The notes: generated by a model not told the origin, from the sequence alone. Numbered from the stretch's first letter, positions 28,101 through 40,544 are shown. The stretch is DNA of 64,000 bases from Eledone cirrhosa (GCA_964016885.1 OZ024744.1:24738001-24802000), one strand, 5' to 3'. Made by a program: numbers and translations.

Positions 28101-28601
28101 CCCTTGAGGTTGTTATACCCCCCTCTATCGGGACATGCCAATACATAGTCCCAACGTGCTTCTAGGATACTATTCCAGTCTCCCACTAAAAGCAAGGAGC
28201 GGAGCGTCCCTAGAAAAGTCTCCAGACGATGGAAGAAGTCTGACCCCATTGCCCCAAAAGGGGCGTAAACGGCGACAAGCCTAAAAGCTTCGCCTTCACC
28301 GCTGCCAAGATCCAGAACCACGAGTCGACCCTCCGGGTCCAAGTGTACCGTCTGTGTAGCGAGACCCAGATGTTTTTGCAGCAGAACAACAACCCCCACC
28401 CCCACCTCCGGGCTGACAGAGAGATGCGTGCATCTCAAAGTCATCAAAGGTGGGGGCTAGTTGTGGCACGTTGCTGATCCGGGCCTCGCAAATAACCATC
28501 ACATTTATACATCGTGACCTGAGGTCATTTAGAAGCTTAGCTTGTTTCCAAGGTGAACCCAGGCCACGCGCATTTAGACAACCTACTCTTAACACAGCCA
28601 T
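25167..28601 (-). pseudogene. LINE ORF2 (APE endonuclease, reverse transcriptase, C-terminal Cys/His finger), multiple frameshifts
   Basis: MAVLRVGCLNARGL, GDWN, SYLDRF, YSDH, GPGYWKLN, KSPGLDGLPYE, FRPITLLN, DQSKAFDRVDH, YADD, CPRC...ETVAHAL across ORF fragments 28601-25167. Confidence 0.92.
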
Positions 28602-28603
28602 GT

Positions 28604-30435
28604 TTATGGTAAAGAAAGAGGCACATACCTCTCTGCGTCCCGGGGTCCGGGCTGCTCAGTTTCCATGGGGCTGGTGGAGGGGTTGTTGGGTGCGGTGGTG
28701 GTTTGTGGTGGTGGTGGTGGTGGGGGGGGGGGGTATTAGTGTGTGGAGGGGTTGGGGTGTTTGGAATTGTGTGGGTGTTTGAGGAGGGGAGGGGAAAACC
28801 TTTCAGGAGGACGCGGTTGAGTGACCTGGTGCAGGGTGGCCCCACGTCCTCAGGGTAAATGTTTTTCAATGGTTTGAAAATGTCAAGTGGGACCTTCACC
28901 ATTTTCAGGTTAGGGAGTCCCGTTGCCATTGTAAAATTCGGCCCTTCGGTTTGTACCGAAGGGTTGTTGTTTATTTTGTCTGTTAAGTTTTTATTGTTTT
29001 TGTTTATGTATGTGTAGAGTTTTTGTGTTGTGTTTGTTTTTGTTTGATGTTCTTGAGTGAGCTTGCGTTTTGTTGTATGTGTTGTGTTGTCAGGTGGGGT
29101 TATTTTTGTTTGTGTGGTGTGTATACGTTTTTTCCTTTTGACTTTTTGGAAGGGATCCCCCTCGTCTTCCGAGGATATGAGCTCCTCTTCCGTATTGGAG
29201 GGGAGGGGTATATTGCCAGGTTGTGTTTGCACTGCGTTTGTTTTTGTATTTATGTTCTGTGGGGAGGGGCTGGGTGGGACCGTGTTTTGGGTTGTTTTCT
29301 TGAACTGTTGTTGTTGATGTTGTTGTTGTGGTGGTGGTGCTGGAGGTGGTGTTGTTGGTTTTTGTTGTCGTTGTGGTGGTGGTGGTGGTGGTGATGGTGG
29401 TGTATTTTGTTGTTTTTGTGGTGGTGGTGCTGGTTGTTTTTGTTGTTGTTGTGGTGTTTGTAGCAGTGGTTTTTTTGTTGTTAGTAGAGGGCAGGCAGTC
29501 CTCAGGTGACCTCTGCCAGCGCAGTGGTAACATGAGAGCCTCCTGCCTTCCACCGTAATATTAATAAAGGTTCGCCCATCCAGTAGGACTCGGTCGGGTA
29601 TTCCGGCGATTCTCTCAGGTGTCATCTGTAAGAGAACCTCCAGACTTTTCCCCCGAAAAGTTCACTGGTGGACTCACCTGCTGAAATTGGGATGTCCTTT
29701 TCTAGGTCCGTGAATCCTGTTAGGACGGACCAGATATTTACTTCTGGCGTTGAGCTCCACATTCTTAGTCTTTGTGTTCTTCTTCCTTTATATGTGGGGA
29801 AGAAGGTGTATTGTGGTGACACTATAGGTGCCACCGAGCATTTTTGAGCCAGCATTTCGTCCTTCATTCGGACCATAATGCTGGCATACAGCTTTCCTCT
29901 TTCAATAAAGAGTATGTTTTTTTTATGTCTTTCAGAACCAGATCAATTTGACTTTCTGTCAATTGAGCTGGCTTTCTTGTTGCGTTGCATATAGTCCTGA
30001 CGGTTATGGTATTCCTATATACCCGTTGACGAACTTCTTCTGGGGAGTTGATCGTAAAAGAACCATCTTCCCCAAAAGATACGTATTTTCTGGCATTTAG
30101 CAAGTTTTGCTTAGCGTTAGTAGTGTCTATGGGCTTGTACTCGATAGCTTTCCTGACCGTTTGGGCAAATGAAACTTTGTTGTCTTTGTTGCTTTCGCTT
30201 CGTTCATTATTGCTTGTTGTTGCAATGTTGTTGGTTTCATCTTTTGTGGTATTTTTTTCCCTGTTATCCTTTTCAAAATTTGGGTTTTCACTCGAATTAA
30301 CAGTCTTTTTTCCATTCGTGAGGAGGGGCTGTTCAACCGTTTGAATTGTTGTTCCTTCTTTCTCGATTTTTTTTTGGTGGGCGTGGCATTAGCTTGCAAT
30401 ATGGCTTCCTCGTTTTTAACGATATCGATAAACAT
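28604..30435 (-). pseudogene. LINE ORF1 (gag-like, CCHC knuckle, Pro/Gln/Thr-rich linker), frameshifted
   Basis: ATG at 30435; consecutive fragments 30435-30127, 30103-29864, 29876-29622, 29625-; CYHCAGRGHLRTACP knuckle; directly upstream of ORF2. Confidence 0.8.
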
Positions 30436-30815
30436 TTTAAATTAAATATTTTCTCCCCAAAGGGGGCGAAAATATATTTACCCTACGTCTACAGTCCCAG
30501 ACGAGGGGTTACAGTCAACAATAGTAACAACATTCAAATAATACACTCACAAATAACCAAGTCGTGATTCAAAATCGAAGAGCCGATGTGAAAGATGTCT
30601 ACTATCAACGACAGACAGACAGACAGACAGACAGAGAGACAAAGAGACAGACAGACTGACAGACAGACACACTGATAGACGGACTGACAGAAAACCAGAA
30701 AGAAAGACAGTCAGACAGACAGATATAGACGGAACAGATTGATAGACGTCCAGAGAACAAACCATATTTGGGACATTACATACACACACACACAACACAC
30801 ACACACACATACACA

Positions 30816-30853
<38 letters not shown>

Positions 30854-31127
30854 ACAAATACACACACACACATAAACACATACACACACACACACACAAC
30901 ACACACACACACATACACACACACATACACACACACACCACACACACACACACACAAACACACACAAATACACACAAACACACACAAACACATACACACA
31001 CACACAGACACACAAACACATATAGAAATCATATATATATGTGTATGTGTGCCTGTGTGTGTGTGTGCGTGTTAAAGAAAGGTATGTACACATTTATGGA
31101 TGTATTTGTATAAATGTATATAGATGC

Positions 31128-31156
<29 letters not shown>

Positions 31157-31158
<2 letters not shown>

Positions 31159-31243
31159 CTCTACGGTTCTTATATATTTGATATATATTTATCCTTATCG
31201 AGCCCTCTTTGGATTTTAGTCTTCAAATTTATTATTATTACTA
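31157..31243 (+). mobile_element. Solo 3' terminus of the Penelope-like element at 32692-37530
   Basis: tgctctacgg...atcgagccctctttggattttagtcttcaa...attattactat nearly identical to 37444-37530. Confidence 0.8.
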
Positions 31244-31269
31244 TATATATAGTTATGTAATAAATGAAA

Positions 31270-31323
31270 AAATCCTGATGACTGAGACCAAATTTCTTTG
31301 CTTTCAAGAAACCACTGGTAAAT
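31270..31323 (+). ncRNA. Degenerate hammerhead-like motif
   Basis: CUGAUGA 31275-31281 ... GAA-ACCAcUGGU-A; helix I poorly paired. Confidence 0.35.
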
Positions 31324-31419
31324 GAAATAATTATCTTATGTTGTTTATTACATAACTAATAAGCTCTGTAACCTACATAGAGCACTCTTTCTTCCTGGAC
31401 ATTTCCGACGGAATTACTT

Positions 31420-31552
<133 letters not shown>

Positions 31553-31880
31553 CAGTATTGAAGTTTGCTTGAAGCATTGTGGAATAATAAGGTATATGTA
31601 TTTAGGTCGTTTTGGAAGCCTCAACAATGCAAATGGGTAAATCTCCGGGTAACAAGATCTGGTGGTGGAGAGAGAGATGTAAGGGAATGTAGGTTGAGAT
31701 GTGTAGTGTGTAGAAGAATGTAGGAAAGAGCGTAAAGGATAAAAATAATAACACGAGATAGAGTTACCTTGGGCGAGATTTAATTGTCCCTATATATGTC
31801 GGATTCACATCCATCAACTGGGGTTTTTTTCGGTGGGGGGTGGGAGGGTTCGAAACGTGTGTATATATATATATATATAT

Positions 31881-32070
31881 ATAGGAACCAGTAAGACCCC
31901 GACAGCTGAGCTAGAGCCGTTTCGACGGCTAATTCTGAGAATTAGCCGTCGAAACGGCTTGAGCTCAGCTGTCGGGGTCTTACTGGTTCCTATTACCCAC
32001 TCTACTACCTCAAGTATTGAGTAGTTTGGTGCGTTATGGTCCACCTGGTTCCTTACCACATTTCCTTCGT
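31881..32070 (+). mobile_element. Family C fold-back element (palindrome 31881-31993 plus unique tail)
   Basis: Arms centred on 31937; GAAACGGCU...AGCUGUC-GGGG half-HHR; (TA)n both sides. Confidence 0.8.
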
Positions 32071-32138
32071 TATATATATATATATATATATATAGAATGA
32101 TATTAAATAAATGGAAACTATAGTTATAAAACCATATT

Positions 32139-32200
32139 TATTCTATTATATATATTTCAAGGGTACCAAAAACTTTGGTCCGCTTTCATCAGATAAAATA
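32139..32200 (-). ncRNA. Hammerhead ribozyme motif (family F)
   Basis: UAUUUUAU/AUAGAAUA helix I, CUGAUGA, AAG..ACCAAA/UUUGGU..CUU helix II, GAA-AUAUAUAU-A. Confidence 0.7.
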
Positions 32201-32264
32201 CAAAGTGTGTTTTATAAATGTTGATATAGACAAGGAACATACGTTATCAGTTGAAGTATTCCTT

Positions 32265-32431
<167 letters not shown>

Positions 32432-32646
32432 GTAGTAATAAACGAAAGATATACACTTTATATCATCTCTATTTATTTCATTATATATATTTCGAAGATG
32501 CAAAGTTTTATGTATAACATAAAGCAAAGGATGTTCTCCTCAAAATGTTCCTGATATGCTGCTATGCAAACGAACTGTACAGATCGATGACCACCAGGTA
32601 CACGCACACACATATATATATATTTATATATGTATATGTGTGTGTG

Positions 32647-32697
<51 letters not shown>

Positions 32698-32713
32698 TAA
32701 AATAACAGATTAA

Positions 32714-32764
32714 AGTTTAAGCAAAGAATCGCTGCTTTCACCCTTAACGGGATCTTCTGAAACT
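32714..32764 (-). ncRNA. Variant hammerhead motif (CAGAAGA core) in PLE 3' pLTR, left arm
   Basis: Reverse complement of 37368-37418 with one loop II change. Confidence 0.6.
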
Positions 32765-33693
32765 AACAAAGTCAATCTGTAAATGCAGAACTGGATATTT
32801 CAAAAAACGTTGCAACCGGGGGAAGACATGAAGACGATACTTTGGTTTGTGGAAACGTTCGCTGGCAAAGAACGGGAAAAAAACGAATAATACGTCATTA
32901 ATAGGAGCGGTGAAAAACAATTACGCGCAAAGACAGAACCACGTTCATGGTATGAAAGAGGTCGTAGACTAATGTTCTCTTAGGTGGTGCATAGAGACGT
33001 TCTCTGGCAATGAACGAAAAAACGAAGATAATAAGTCATATGTGGAGCGTGGAGAACAATAGCACGCAAAGACAAAACCACGTAAATGGTATAGCAGAAG
33101 TCGTAGACTAAAATACTAACTAGGAGACCAAATGAATCTCCGCTACAGAGTTAAGAACAAAGTAAATAAATACAATACAGAAGTAATAAAAACAAATAAA
33201 TACATACACGCAAGCAGATACGTACATACACAAGCATACGCAAAACCTTACCATAGGTATACAAAACCACGCACATATAAATATGTGTATGTGTGTATGC
33301 TTGTGTACAAATAAATAAATAATTATATAAACGTATATAAATAAATAAATACGTATATAACAAGCGCACGCACATACCTACAAATAAATACACGAATGTT
33401 CGGAGACGTAAGTCAACTAAAACAAGAAGTACACATATACACACACCCACCATACGTACGGACCTGCATACTCACGCAGACGCAAAACTCCCGTATACAC
33501 ATAGCCAAACCCTAAATACCAGAATATGTAAAAATTATACGCCATAACAGTCAAATATACGTACGAGAAGGTATACATACCTTCACAAAACATACGGGTA
33601 ATATATACTTACCTATGCAAATAAGTAAAGGAATAAACAAAACATATACTTAGCTCCCGCATCAAGATGTAAAATATCCACGTATAGATCGTG

Positions 33694-35276
33694 CTATCCG
33701 TTGGGGTATATCGTGGGGCTGTAATACAGGAAAGTTTTGTGCAATTTATGTTTACAAGCCGAAATTGCCTCGGATTTTTTGTTTAAGATGTGGTCTGTGG
33801 CGTAGAGTATTTCCAGGGCCTCAGCGGCGCAGAGGTCACATGGTCTTTTATTTCCGTAATACGATCTAGCCCTAGCTAGGATCTCCCAGTGTAACTTATA
33901 TTGGGTGTGGTTGTCTTTTAGACTCCAGATATAAGCTGAAAGTGACGTCATATTCCTTCTTAGAGGGTAACGAAAAGAATGGGTATGCATGTAAAGACGC
34001 TGCTTGAAACTATTGCGGTTAACCCTATGTAGGCCCTACGGGACGTGAGTGTTACAACCTTACATTTGTAGACAATGTTACTAGATAGGCATTTCCCGGA
34101 TAGGGGGCAATCAGCCCGATTCCTACAATTACAGTTAGTACTAACTACAGGGTTGCACGTGTTCCTACGGCTAGGTAGTTTAGCTAAATTTGAAGCTGTG
34201 ATGTTATGTGCAAGGTTAGGAGTCGTAGAGTAAGAAATTTTAATAGTATTTCTATTAAAAATTTTACTATATTTATGTGTAGGGGGAAAATGCTTCGTAA
34301 TAAGGGAAAGGAAGATCTTAGCTAATGGTGTGGCCACCTCCATATTATATGGTGGGTTAAACCAACAAATGCGACGGGATCTATTTCTTCTAGGTCTATT
34401 TTCGTACTATGTATAAGCTACTTTATCGACAAATCCACTTCGAGCAAGAGCTTCATTGTAATAAGTGGAATGGTCGTTGAAAATGCGCTCGTTGGTGGAA
34501 AGACGGGAAAGCCTCAACGAAACGTTTTTTACCAGGTTCTTGGTTATGCTGGCAGGATGGTTGGAATGCTTACTTATGTAATTAAGCGTATCATTCGGCT
34601 TTCTATACGGGTAATACAACCCATTCAATAAATTGAGGGTAACGTCGAGGTAATTAACGACCGAGAGATTGGCCTCAACCTGTATAGAGAGGTTGAAGCC
34701 TTTAAAGAAGTCTGTGAGTTCTTTTCTGAACCTGTCGCAAGCACAGGGTCCGCACTTAGTCATGGTCAAAAGACCATCGTCACGGTACAAACCACCGCCC
34801 GCGTTGGGGAATTCGTCCTTGATAGAGAAAAGAAGGAAAAGGCCAATAAGATCAGTAACCTCCGCAGAGTCACTGGCGCCCATACTCACGTCGAATGGGG
34901 TGCTATTGGATTTTTTAATCCAAATAGAGTCGTCGAAATTAATCACCGACTTTCGGGCATTAAGGATGACATCAACTTCGAAATCCTTAACCACTGTGAG
35001 TGTTTTAGCGAAATTGATAGCTCTAAGGAGAAGTGGTAAAGTGATGGAGGAGTAGTAATTGTTGATGTCGAATTGGATAAAACGGCAATGTTCCTTGTTA
35101 CATATGCGGATGAACCAATCAATCACCGCGAAGGAATTGTTCCACAGTGCGAGAGGGGCCAAACTTCTAATTTCAGGTATAATTCTATCAAGAATCGTTT
35201 TACTAAGTCTACCTAAATCGGACTTCGTAGGGTTAATAAGCCGAATAGAGGGGGTTGTTCGGAAAATTGGATGTGT
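33694..35276 (-). pseudogene. PLE RT + GIY-YIG endonuclease, left arm (one in-frame stop, one frameshift)
   Basis: IRLINPTKS, FIQFDI, MGASDSAE, GLYRDDGL, YLDVTL, SNHP, WFNPPY, CNCRNRADCPLSGKC, VY...YIGLT, CDLC..E. Confidence 0.9.
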
Positions 35277-36437
35277 GATCCTTATTGGCCTTTTCCTTCT
35301 TTTCTCTATCAAAGACGAATTCCCCTACGCGGGCGGTGGTTTGTACCGTGACGATGGTCTTTTGACCATGACTAAGTGCGGACCTCGTGCTTGCGACAGG
35401 TTCAGAAAAGAACTCACAGCCTTCTTTAAAGGCTTCAACCTCTCTATACAGGTTGAGGCCAATCTCTCGGTCGTTGATTACCTCGACGTTACCCTCAATT
35501 TATTGAATGGGTTGTATAACCCGTATAGAAAGCCGAATGATACGCTTAATTACATAAGTAAGCATTCCAACCATCCTGCCAGCATAACCAAGAACCTGGT
35601 AAAAAACGTTTGGTTGAGGCTTTCCCGTCTTTCCACCAACGAGCGCATTTTCAACGACCATTCCACTTATTACAATGAAGCTCTTGCTCGAAGTGGATTT
35701 GTCGATAAAGTAGCTTATACAGAGTACGAAAATAGACCTACAAGAAATAGATCCCGTCGAATTTTTGGTTTAACCCACCATATAATATGGAGGTGGCCAC
35801 ACCATTAGCTAAGATCTTCCTTTCCCTTATTACGAAGCATTTTCCCCCTACACATAAATATAGTAAAATTTTTAATAGAAATACTATTAAAATTTCTTAC
35901 TCTACGACTCCTAACCTTGCACATAACATCACAGCTTCAAATTTAGCTAAACTACCTAGCCGTAGGAACACGTGCAACCCTGTAGTTAGTACTAACTGTA
36001 ATTGTAGGAATCGGGCTGATTGCCCCCTATCCGGGAAATGCCTATCTAGTAACATTGTCTACAAATGTAAGGTTGTAACACTCACGTCCCGTAGGGCCTA
36101 CATAGGGTTAACCGCCAATAGTTTCAAGCAGCGTCTTTACATGCATACCCATTCTTTTCGTTACCCTCTAAGAAGGAATATGACGTCACTTTCAGCTTAT
36201 ATCTGGAGTCTAAAAGACAACCACACCCAATATATGTTACACTGGGAGATCCTAGCTAGGGCTAGATCGTATTACGGAAATAAAAGACCATGTGAACTCT
36301 GCGCCGCTGAGGCTCTGGAAATACTCTAAGCCACAGACCACATCTTAAACAAAAAATCCGAGGCAATTTCGGCTTGTAAACATAAATTGCACAAAACTTT
36401 CCTGTATTACAGCCCCACGATATACCCCAACGGATAG
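35277..36437 (+). pseudogene. PLE RT (from motif C region) + GIY-YIG endonuclease, right arm (one frameshift, one stop)
   Basis: ORFs 35059-35808 and 35787-36329: YRDD, YIGLTANSFKQRLYMH, CELC. Confidence 0.9.
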
Positions 36438-37367
36438 CACGATCTATACGTGGATATTTTACGTCTTGATGCGGGAGCTAAGTATATGTTTTGTTTATTC
36501 CTTTACTTATTTGCATAGGTAAGTATATATTACCCGTATGTTTTGTGAAGGTATGTATACCTTCTCGTACGTATATTTGACTGTTATGGCGTATAATTTT
36601 TACATATTCTGGTATTTAGGGTTTGGCTATGTGTATACGGGAGTTTTGCGTCTGCGTGAGTATGCAGGTCCGTACGTATGGTGGGTGTGTGTATATGTGT
36701 ACTTCTTGTTTTAGTTGACTTACATCTCCGAACATTCGTGTATTTATTTGTAGGTATGTGCGTGCGCTTGTTATATACGTATTTATTTACTTATATACGT
36801 TTATATAATTATTTATTTATTTGTACACAAGCATACACACACACACATATTTATATGTGCGTGGCTTCGTATACCTATGGTAAGGTTTTGCGGATGCTTG
36901 TGTATGTACGTATCTGCTTGCGTGTATGTATTTATTTGTTTTTATTACTTCTGTATTGTATTTATTTACTTTGTTCTTAACTCTGTAGCGGAGATTCATT
37001 TGGTCTCCTAGTTAGTATTTTAGTCTACGACTTCTGCTATACCATTTACGTGGTTTTGTCTTTGCGTGCTATTGTTCTACACGCTCCACATATGACTTAT
37101 TATCTTCGTTTTTTCGTTCATTGCCAGAGAACGTCTCTATGCACCACCTAAGAGAACATTAGTCTACGACCTCTTTTATACCATAAACGTGGTTCTGTCT
37201 TTGCGCGTAATTGTTTTTCACCGCTCCATTTAATGACGTATTATATTCGTTTTCCCCCGTTCTTTGCCAGGGAACGTTTCCACGAACCAAAGTATCGTCT
37301 TCCTGTCTTCCCCCGGTTGCAACGTTTTTTGAAATATCCAGTTCTGCGTTTACAGATTGACTTTGTT

Positions 37368-37418
37368 AGTTTCAGAAGATCCCGCTAAGGGTGAAAGCAG
37401 CGATTCTTTGCTTAAACT
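37368..37418 (+). ncRNA. Variant hammerhead motif (CAGAAGA core) in PLE 3' pLTR, right arm
   Basis: AGUUU/AAACU helix I, CAGAAGA, uCCC-GCUAA-GGGu, GAA, AGCA/UGCU helix III, CUU site. Confidence 0.6.
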
Positions 37419-37524
37419 TTAATCTGTTATTTTAATAAATATTTGCTCTACGGTTTTTATATATTTGATATATATTTTCCTTATCGAGCCCTCTTTGGAT
37501 TTTAGTCTTCAATTTTATTATTAT

Positions 37525-37586
<62 letters not shown>

Positions 37587-37655
37587 AAATGGAATAGAAT
37601 GAAACGAAATTTCATTACTCACACTTAGTACGGCACTTACTTAAATGCAAGTATG

Positions 37656-37697
<42 letters not shown>

Positions 37698-37824
37698 CAT
37701 ACTTGCATTTAAGTATGTGTGTGTGTATTTATATATATATATATATATATATAAAAATATATATATATATATATATAATATATATATGCATATTAATTTA
37801 TCTGCAAGTGTAAAATCAGAAAGC

Positions 37825-37855
<31 letters not shown>

Positions 37856-38563
37856 TGAGAGAGAGGGAGGGAGAGAGAGTGGCAGAGAGAGTGAGGGAGA
37901 GAGAGTGGGAGAGAGAGAGAGAGAGGTATGTGTGAGACTGCTAGGGTTACAGCTAAATATATTGGAAGGAGAAGGTTTGGAAGAAGACAGGATATAACGA
38001 TACCAGTGGTGTAATGAGTGGGAGGGGGTATATAGAGTAGGTGTGTAGAGTGTGTGTAGAGTGTGTGTAGAGTGTGTGAAATAGTGTGTGTAGGGTGTGT
38101 AGTGTGTGTATAGAGTGTGTGCGACAGTGTGTGTAATGTGTGTGTAGAGTGTGTAGTGTGTGTGTAGTGTGTGTGTAGAGTGTGTGTAGAGTATGTAGTG
38201 TGGTGTAGAGTGTGTGAGATAGTGAGTGGAGAGTGCGTGTAGAGTGTGTGAGATAGTGAGTGGAGAGAACGTGTATAGTGTGTGACATAGTGTGTGAGAT
38301 AGTGTGTGTGTAGAGTGTGTGTGTGTGTGTGGCGGTGTGTAGAGTGTGTGGCGGTGTGTAGAGTGTGTGTGTGTGGCTGTGGGTAGAGTGTGTGTGTGGC
38401 GGTGTGTAGAGTGTGTGTGTGGCGGTGTATTGCTGATATTGTATGTGTGTGTGTATTAGTGTGAATTACTTAGATATGTGTGTGTCGGTGTGTATTACTG
38501 AGCTGTGTGTGAGATACATACGCACACATACATCTACTTATTAAACAAACAAATACACACACA

Positions 38564-38649
<86 letters not shown>

Positions 38650-38656
<7 letters not shown>

Positions 38657-38752
38657 GTATGTCACACACATATATATATATATATATTTATATATATGTG
38701 TGTAGATACGTCACATATATATATATATATATATATATAGATATGTCACACA

Positions 38753-38789
<37 letters not shown>

Positions 38790-38797
38790 AGATATGT

Positions 38798-38828
<31 letters not shown>

Positions 38829-38932
38829 GTAGATATGTCACACACATATATATATGTAGATATGTCAGATATATATATATAGATATAGATATGTCACATA
38901 TATATATATATATATAGATATAGATATGTCAC

Positions 38933-38963
<31 letters not shown>

Positions 38964-39075
38964 ACATATCTATATCTATATATATAGATATGTCACATAT
39001 ATCTATATATAGATATAGATATGTCACATATATATGTATAGATATGTCACACACATATATATATATGTAGATATT

Positions 39076-39167
<92 letters not shown>

Positions 39168-39373
39168 CTTTCATAGGGTTCGGCCAGTATTGGCCCAGGC
39201 CATGTCTAACTTAATAGCACCACCTGGCGAAGTCTTACAAGTCAGTGTTTGGGCACCATGGCCCACTCTAGCAGAGAGTTATTGTTTACGGGGGCATATC
39301 CGGGTGTAGGAGGCTTATCCGGGATTTCTTGAAGGAATTTATCCAAAGACTTCTTGAACTTGATGGGGTCTGT

Positions 39374-39440
<67 letters not shown>

Positions 39441-39453
39441 GTAGATATGTCAC

Positions 39454-39502
<49 letters not shown>

Positions 39503-39509
39503 GATATGT

Positions 39510-39567
<58 letters not shown>

Positions 39568-39586
39568 TAGATAGATAGATATGTCA

Positions 39587-39640
<54 letters not shown>

Positions 39641-39915
39641 ACATATATATATATATATATGTGTAGATATGTCATATATATATATATGTGTAGATATATC
39701 ACACACATATATATATATGTAGATATGTCACATATATATTTATATATTTGTGTGACATATCTACATATATATATATATAGATATGTCACACATATATATA
39801 CATATATGTAGATATGTCACATATATACATATATGTAGATATGTCACACACATATATATATATATATATGTAGATATGTCACATATATATATGTGACATA
39901 TCTACATATATGATA
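38650..39915. repeat. GTAGATATGTCACA motif repeated within (TA)n, both orientations
   Basis: Many agatatgtcaca / tgtgacatatct units separated by variable (TA)n. Confidence 0.85.
39168..39372 (-). mobile_element. 5'-truncated CR1-group LINE 3' end
   Basis: Minus translation [36 protein letters not shown]...* fits the FK..LD.FL..IPD.P...GY....NSL ORF2 tail; short 3'UTR ends in (TA)n. Confidence 0.7.
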
Positions 39916-40227
39916 TATCTCATATGAAATAATACAGCCAATTATCCACACAATACAATATAGTTAGCCACCCGAACGTTTAATTGGGAATATACTCAAC
40001 TATTTCCTAATGTTTGTTGAGTGAGTTGGAATTTGGCCTGAGTATCGCTTTTAGCTTTCTCCCATTATGTATTTATATATATATATATATATGTAGATAT
40101 GTGTGTGTGACATATGACTTTCTCTCTATACATTGCTGTCACTATCCTTACCTATCTATCTATTTATCTATCTATCTTCATCAACCTCTCCCTCCTACAT
40201 ATCTATCTATCTATCTATCTATCTCTC

Positions 40228-40541
40228 TAAAGAGGAAGGAACGAAGGAGCACCCCCTCTCTGTGCTCCTGAGGAAAAGGGTTGCACACTTTTTTCGGGGG
40301 TGTGTGCGACACCCCAAGGCGCCTCCTCTCTATTGAGGATTTTGTTATGAATTTTATTTTTTGTTATATTTTATAACAAAATTCTCTATTGAGGATTTTG
40401 TTATAATTCGATTTTTTGTTATATTTTATTTTATTTTTATATATTGTTATTGCCTCCTCCCTATTGAGGACGCCTTGTTTTGTAAACTCCCCCCATTGTA
40501 CTTGTCCCACTTTTGATGCCCTGGTGGCAAATAAAAGAAAC
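40228..40541 (+). mobile_element. 3'UTR-only copy of a related Tx1-type LINE
   Basis: Shares tgtgct..aagggt.gcaca.ttttt, tgtaaactccccc and atgccct.gtggcaaataaa.agaaa with the 3'UTR at 25021-25166 (minus). Confidence 0.7.
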
Positions 40542-40544
40542 ATA

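Larger units (their letters stand above)
25021..30610 (-). mobile_element. Near full-length degenerate L1/Tx1-type non-LTR retrotransposon
   Basis: 5'UTR, ORF1 with zinc knuckle, ORF2 APE-RT-Cys domain, short 3'UTR with AATAAA near 25030; (GACA)n-like tracts on both flanks. Confidence 0.92.
32692..37530. mobile_element. Penelope-like retroelement, two 5'-truncated copies head-to-head (inverted repeat ~2.16 kb arms)
   Basis: Arms 32692-34853 (minus) and ~35277-37443 (plus), ~420 bp unique RT spacer; both outer ends in (TA)n. Confidence 0.93.

Noticed and set aside
34407-34409. In-frame stop as recoding (selenocysteine/readthrough) in the PLE
   Set aside because: It is TAG, not TGA, and the other arm has GAG: a simple mutation
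35059-35312. N-termini of ORFs 35059-35808 (+) and 34407-35312 (-) as real protein starts
   Set aside because: They read through the inversion junction at ~35277 into antisense RT sequence
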